This document shows, piece after piece, positions 60,876-64,000 of a DNA stretch of 64,000 nt. The stretch's first letter is position 1. The number at the start of each line of letters is the position of its first letter. Source of the DNA: Mizuhopecten yessoensis (Eukaryota); contig NW_018408878.1 in NCBI RefSeq assembly GCF_002113885.1, forward strand, positions 964,032 through 1,028,031, read 5' to 3'. The notes under the pieces were generated by a model. The model was not told the DNA's origin and ran no database searches. It saw only the letters and a list, made by a program, of their open reading frames with translations. The position numbers and the translations under genes were made by a program.

Positions 60876-61769
60876 GGTGGCAAGCCATCGTTAATCTTTA
60901 CGAGCGCATATGAATAGATAGATAAACCTTGAGAGGTATCGAACAGGAGAGTTTCGAAAGAAAATATGGCGGCGACCATGAATGAAATGTTGACGCCAAG
61001 AAAAAACTTGTTAATGAGACGAGGAATATATCGAGTTTCATACAAATAAGTTGAAATCACTTCAAAATATACTCAATCGCTTAATCAGAGGTGCGATTTG
61101 TAGCAAGAACGTTCGTAACGTTTTGTCCGTTTGCCTTCGAATCACTTTTGAGCTAGAATGATACAATATACAAATGTACCTGAACTAAACGATGTGCAAG
61201 CATTATGGTCACCAACGTTAGATCAAGTTCATTAGTTGCAGTTGAGAACGTGCCATTACGGGGATTTGACGTAGATTTACATGGCGCTTTCGTCACAGAA
61301 ACAGTAGATGCTTACCCTTCCGAAACACCTGGCCTTAATTTCCTCCTACTGTTCAAGAGTGTCCATATACATATTTCCATTGTTTATATTATGTCCTGGT
61401 TCAAATTAAGACGTTTCTGAATGTTTGTTTTTCTCTTGTTGTTTCAATTGTTAAGTTATTAATATTTAATAAGTATTTAAGATATTGAGTTCTCTCTGAA
61501 TTTCATTCTGATCGCCGCACTTTCAGGTGTGATGTTAATAGGATTTATTTCACCAAAATAATGCACGTTTGTAAAAGTAGCATTAAATGCTATCACTCAA
61601 TAATTGCTGACATCATATACTTCTGTTTAATTCCAGATTTTAAAATCCATTTGCCCGAAAGAGTGAAGTAATTCATTCCATTTGCCAGTTTATAACTGTT
61701 AGCTTAAAGTCTATTCGTTCTTAATTAACTTCACGTCACGAGCGAAAGCTTTAATCACTAGAGTGTGTA

Positions 61770-61957
61770 ATTCCGTCTTTGCGTATTGCAGAGTTATCTT
61801 CTCTTGGGAGCAGGTATTGATTGTTACGTCATTGGTTTGTGTGAGAAAATTGCGTCGTTTTCTCAAAAATTGATGACGTTACTCTCACAAACAAGTGACG
61901 TAACAATCAATACCTGCTCCCAAGAGAAGATAACTCTGCAATACGCAAAGACGGAAT
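61770..61957. mobile_element. 188-bp fold-back MITE, copy 4 (opposite orientation to 30051)
   Basis: Near-identical reverse complement of 30051-30238. Confidence 0.92.
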
Positions 61958-62359
61958 AGCTGACTTTTGTGTGTAAGCATATTAACTAAAAATAAGGGAA
62001 ACAACAATTTATAATAGACAGAGCATTTATTATGCGAACTTAATTATAGCTCGCTACAAATGCAAAATTATATTCATTCTTCAGCATCATGCACATTTTT
62101 TTAAGACCATTACATGTTTGTAAAATATATTTCTACTAAACAAAAGACATTGTACACTGTAGAAATATTTTATACTTATGTTCTTAGTATTTACATGTTC
62201 TAAATTCACACACGCATTCGTTCAAATATTTTCATAATAGGACATCCATCATTGGCACATTGCATTGTTTGTAAGAAGGGGATAAGTGCAACAGAAAACG
62301 AAAATCGGAAAAACGAGTAACACACACAAAAACACCGGACAGGCACGGATAGAGTACAC

Positions 62360-64000
62360 ATAAGACAGACATGATCGATATTACAATAGATATCATGAGA
62401 AAAACGAGTCGTTACTATATGATGTCTTCGGTGAGTCGTTACCATATGATGTCTTCGATGAGTCGTTACCATATGATGTCTTCGATGAGTTGTAACTATA
62501 TGATGTCTTCAGTGAGTCGTTACTATATGATGTCTTCGATGAGTCGTTACTATATGATGTCTTCGGTGAGTCGTTACTATATGATGTCTTCGATGAGTCG
62601 TTACTATATGATGTCTTCGGTGAGTCGTTACTATATGATGTCTTCGGTGAGTCGTTACCATATGATGTCTTCGATGAGTCGTTAGTATATGATGTCTTCG
62701 GTGGGTCGTTACTATATGATGTCTTCGGTGAGTCGTTACCATATGATGTCTTCGATGAGTCGTTAGTATATGATGCCTTCGGTGGGTCGTTACTATATGA
62801 TGTCTTCGGTGAGTCGTTACAATATGATGTCTTCGGTGAGTCGTTACCATATGATGTCTTTGGTGAGTCGTTACCATATGATGTCTTCGGTGAGTCGTTA
62901 CAATATGATGTCTTCGGTGAGTTGTTACAATATGATGTCTTCGATGAATTGTTACAATATGATGTCTTCGATGAGTTGTTACAATATTATGTCTTCGGTG
63001 AGTTGTTACTATATGATGTCTTCGGTGAGTCGATACCATATGATGTCTTCGGTGAGTTGTTACAATATGATGTCTTCGATGAGTTGTTACAATATGATGT
63101 CTTCGATGAGTTGTTACAATATTATGTCTTCGGTGAGTTGTTACTATATGATGTCTTCGGTGAGTCGCTACTATATGATGTCTTCGGTGAGTCGTTACCA
63201 TATGATGTCTTCGGTGAGTTGTTACAATATGATGTCTTCGATGAGTTGTTACAATATGATGTCTTCGGTGAGTCGATACCATATGATGTCTTCGGTGAGT
63301 TGTTACAATATGATGTCTTCGGTGAGTTGTTACTATATGATGTCTTCGGTGAGTCGTTACCATATGATGTCTTCGGTGAGTCGTTACCATATGATGTCTT
63401 TGGTGAGTCGTTACCATATGATGTCATCGGTGAGTCGTTACCATATGATGTCTTCGATGAGTCGTTACTATATGATGTCTTCGGTGAGTCGTTACCATAT
63501 GATGTCTTCGGTGAGACGTTACCATATGATGACTTCGATGAGTCGTTAACATATGATGACTTCGGTGAGTTGTTACCATATGATGTCTTCGATGAGTCGT
63601 TACTATATAATGTCTTTGGTGAGTTGTTACAATATAATGTCTTCGGTGAGTCGTTACCATATGATGTCTTCGGTGAGTTGTTACCATAAGATGTCTTCGG
63701 TGAGTTGTTACCATGTGATGTCTTCGGTGAGTCGTTACCATATGGTGTCTTCGGTGAGGTGTTACCATATGATGTCTTCGGTGAGTCGTTACAATATGAT
63801 GTCTTCGGTGAGTAGTTACCATATAATGTCTTCGGTGAGTCGTTTGCATATGATGTCTATAAGACAGACATGATCGATATTACAATAGATATCATGAGAA
63901 AAACGAGTCGTTACTATATGATGTCTTCGGTGAGTCGTTACCATATGATGTCTTCGGTGAGGTGTTACCATGTGATGTCTTCGGTGAGGCGTTACCATAT
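62360..64000. repeat. 27-bp minisatellite GAGTCGTTAC(C/T)ATATGATGTCTTCG(G/A)T with a macro-repeat of about 1.5 kb
   Basis: More than 50 units; a unique leader of about 45 bp recurs at 62361 and 63860; 9-aa periodic ORFs in several frames. Confidence 0.97.

Overview
AT-rich, intron-rich animal genomic DNA, most likely a bivalve mollusc (inferred from the SINE repertoire and a mollusc-like 5S fragment; not provable here). There is a 208-N gap at 40926-41133. The main feature is one complete + strand SLC6 (Na+/Cl- neurotransmitter:sodium symporter) amino-acid transporter gene of the glycine-transporter/ATB0,+ type. I assembled it by hand: a candidate TATA/Inr promoter with a non-coding exon at 27470-27533, an ATG exon (MASKE, 32578-32592), and 14 further coding exons from 45198 to 57007. 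All splice junctions are GT-AG and phase-compatible, giving about 654 aa. At the left edge is the first exon of a - strand RecQ-like helicase, next to a TAG...CTA element with a 9-bp TSD; both suggest AcademH transposons. The rest is repeats: tRNA-derived SINEs, fold-back MITEs, a LINE remnant and several minisatellites, which explain nearly all long ORFs in the track. The most unusual signals are: a miniature LTR element whose LTRs contain a tRNA-like Pol III unit; a perfect 68-bp-arm palindrome folded at a hammerhead ribozyme core; two further degenerate hammerheads; a 5S-derived fragment inside TG...CA termini; and three introns whose repeats copy the upstream exon/donor junction.
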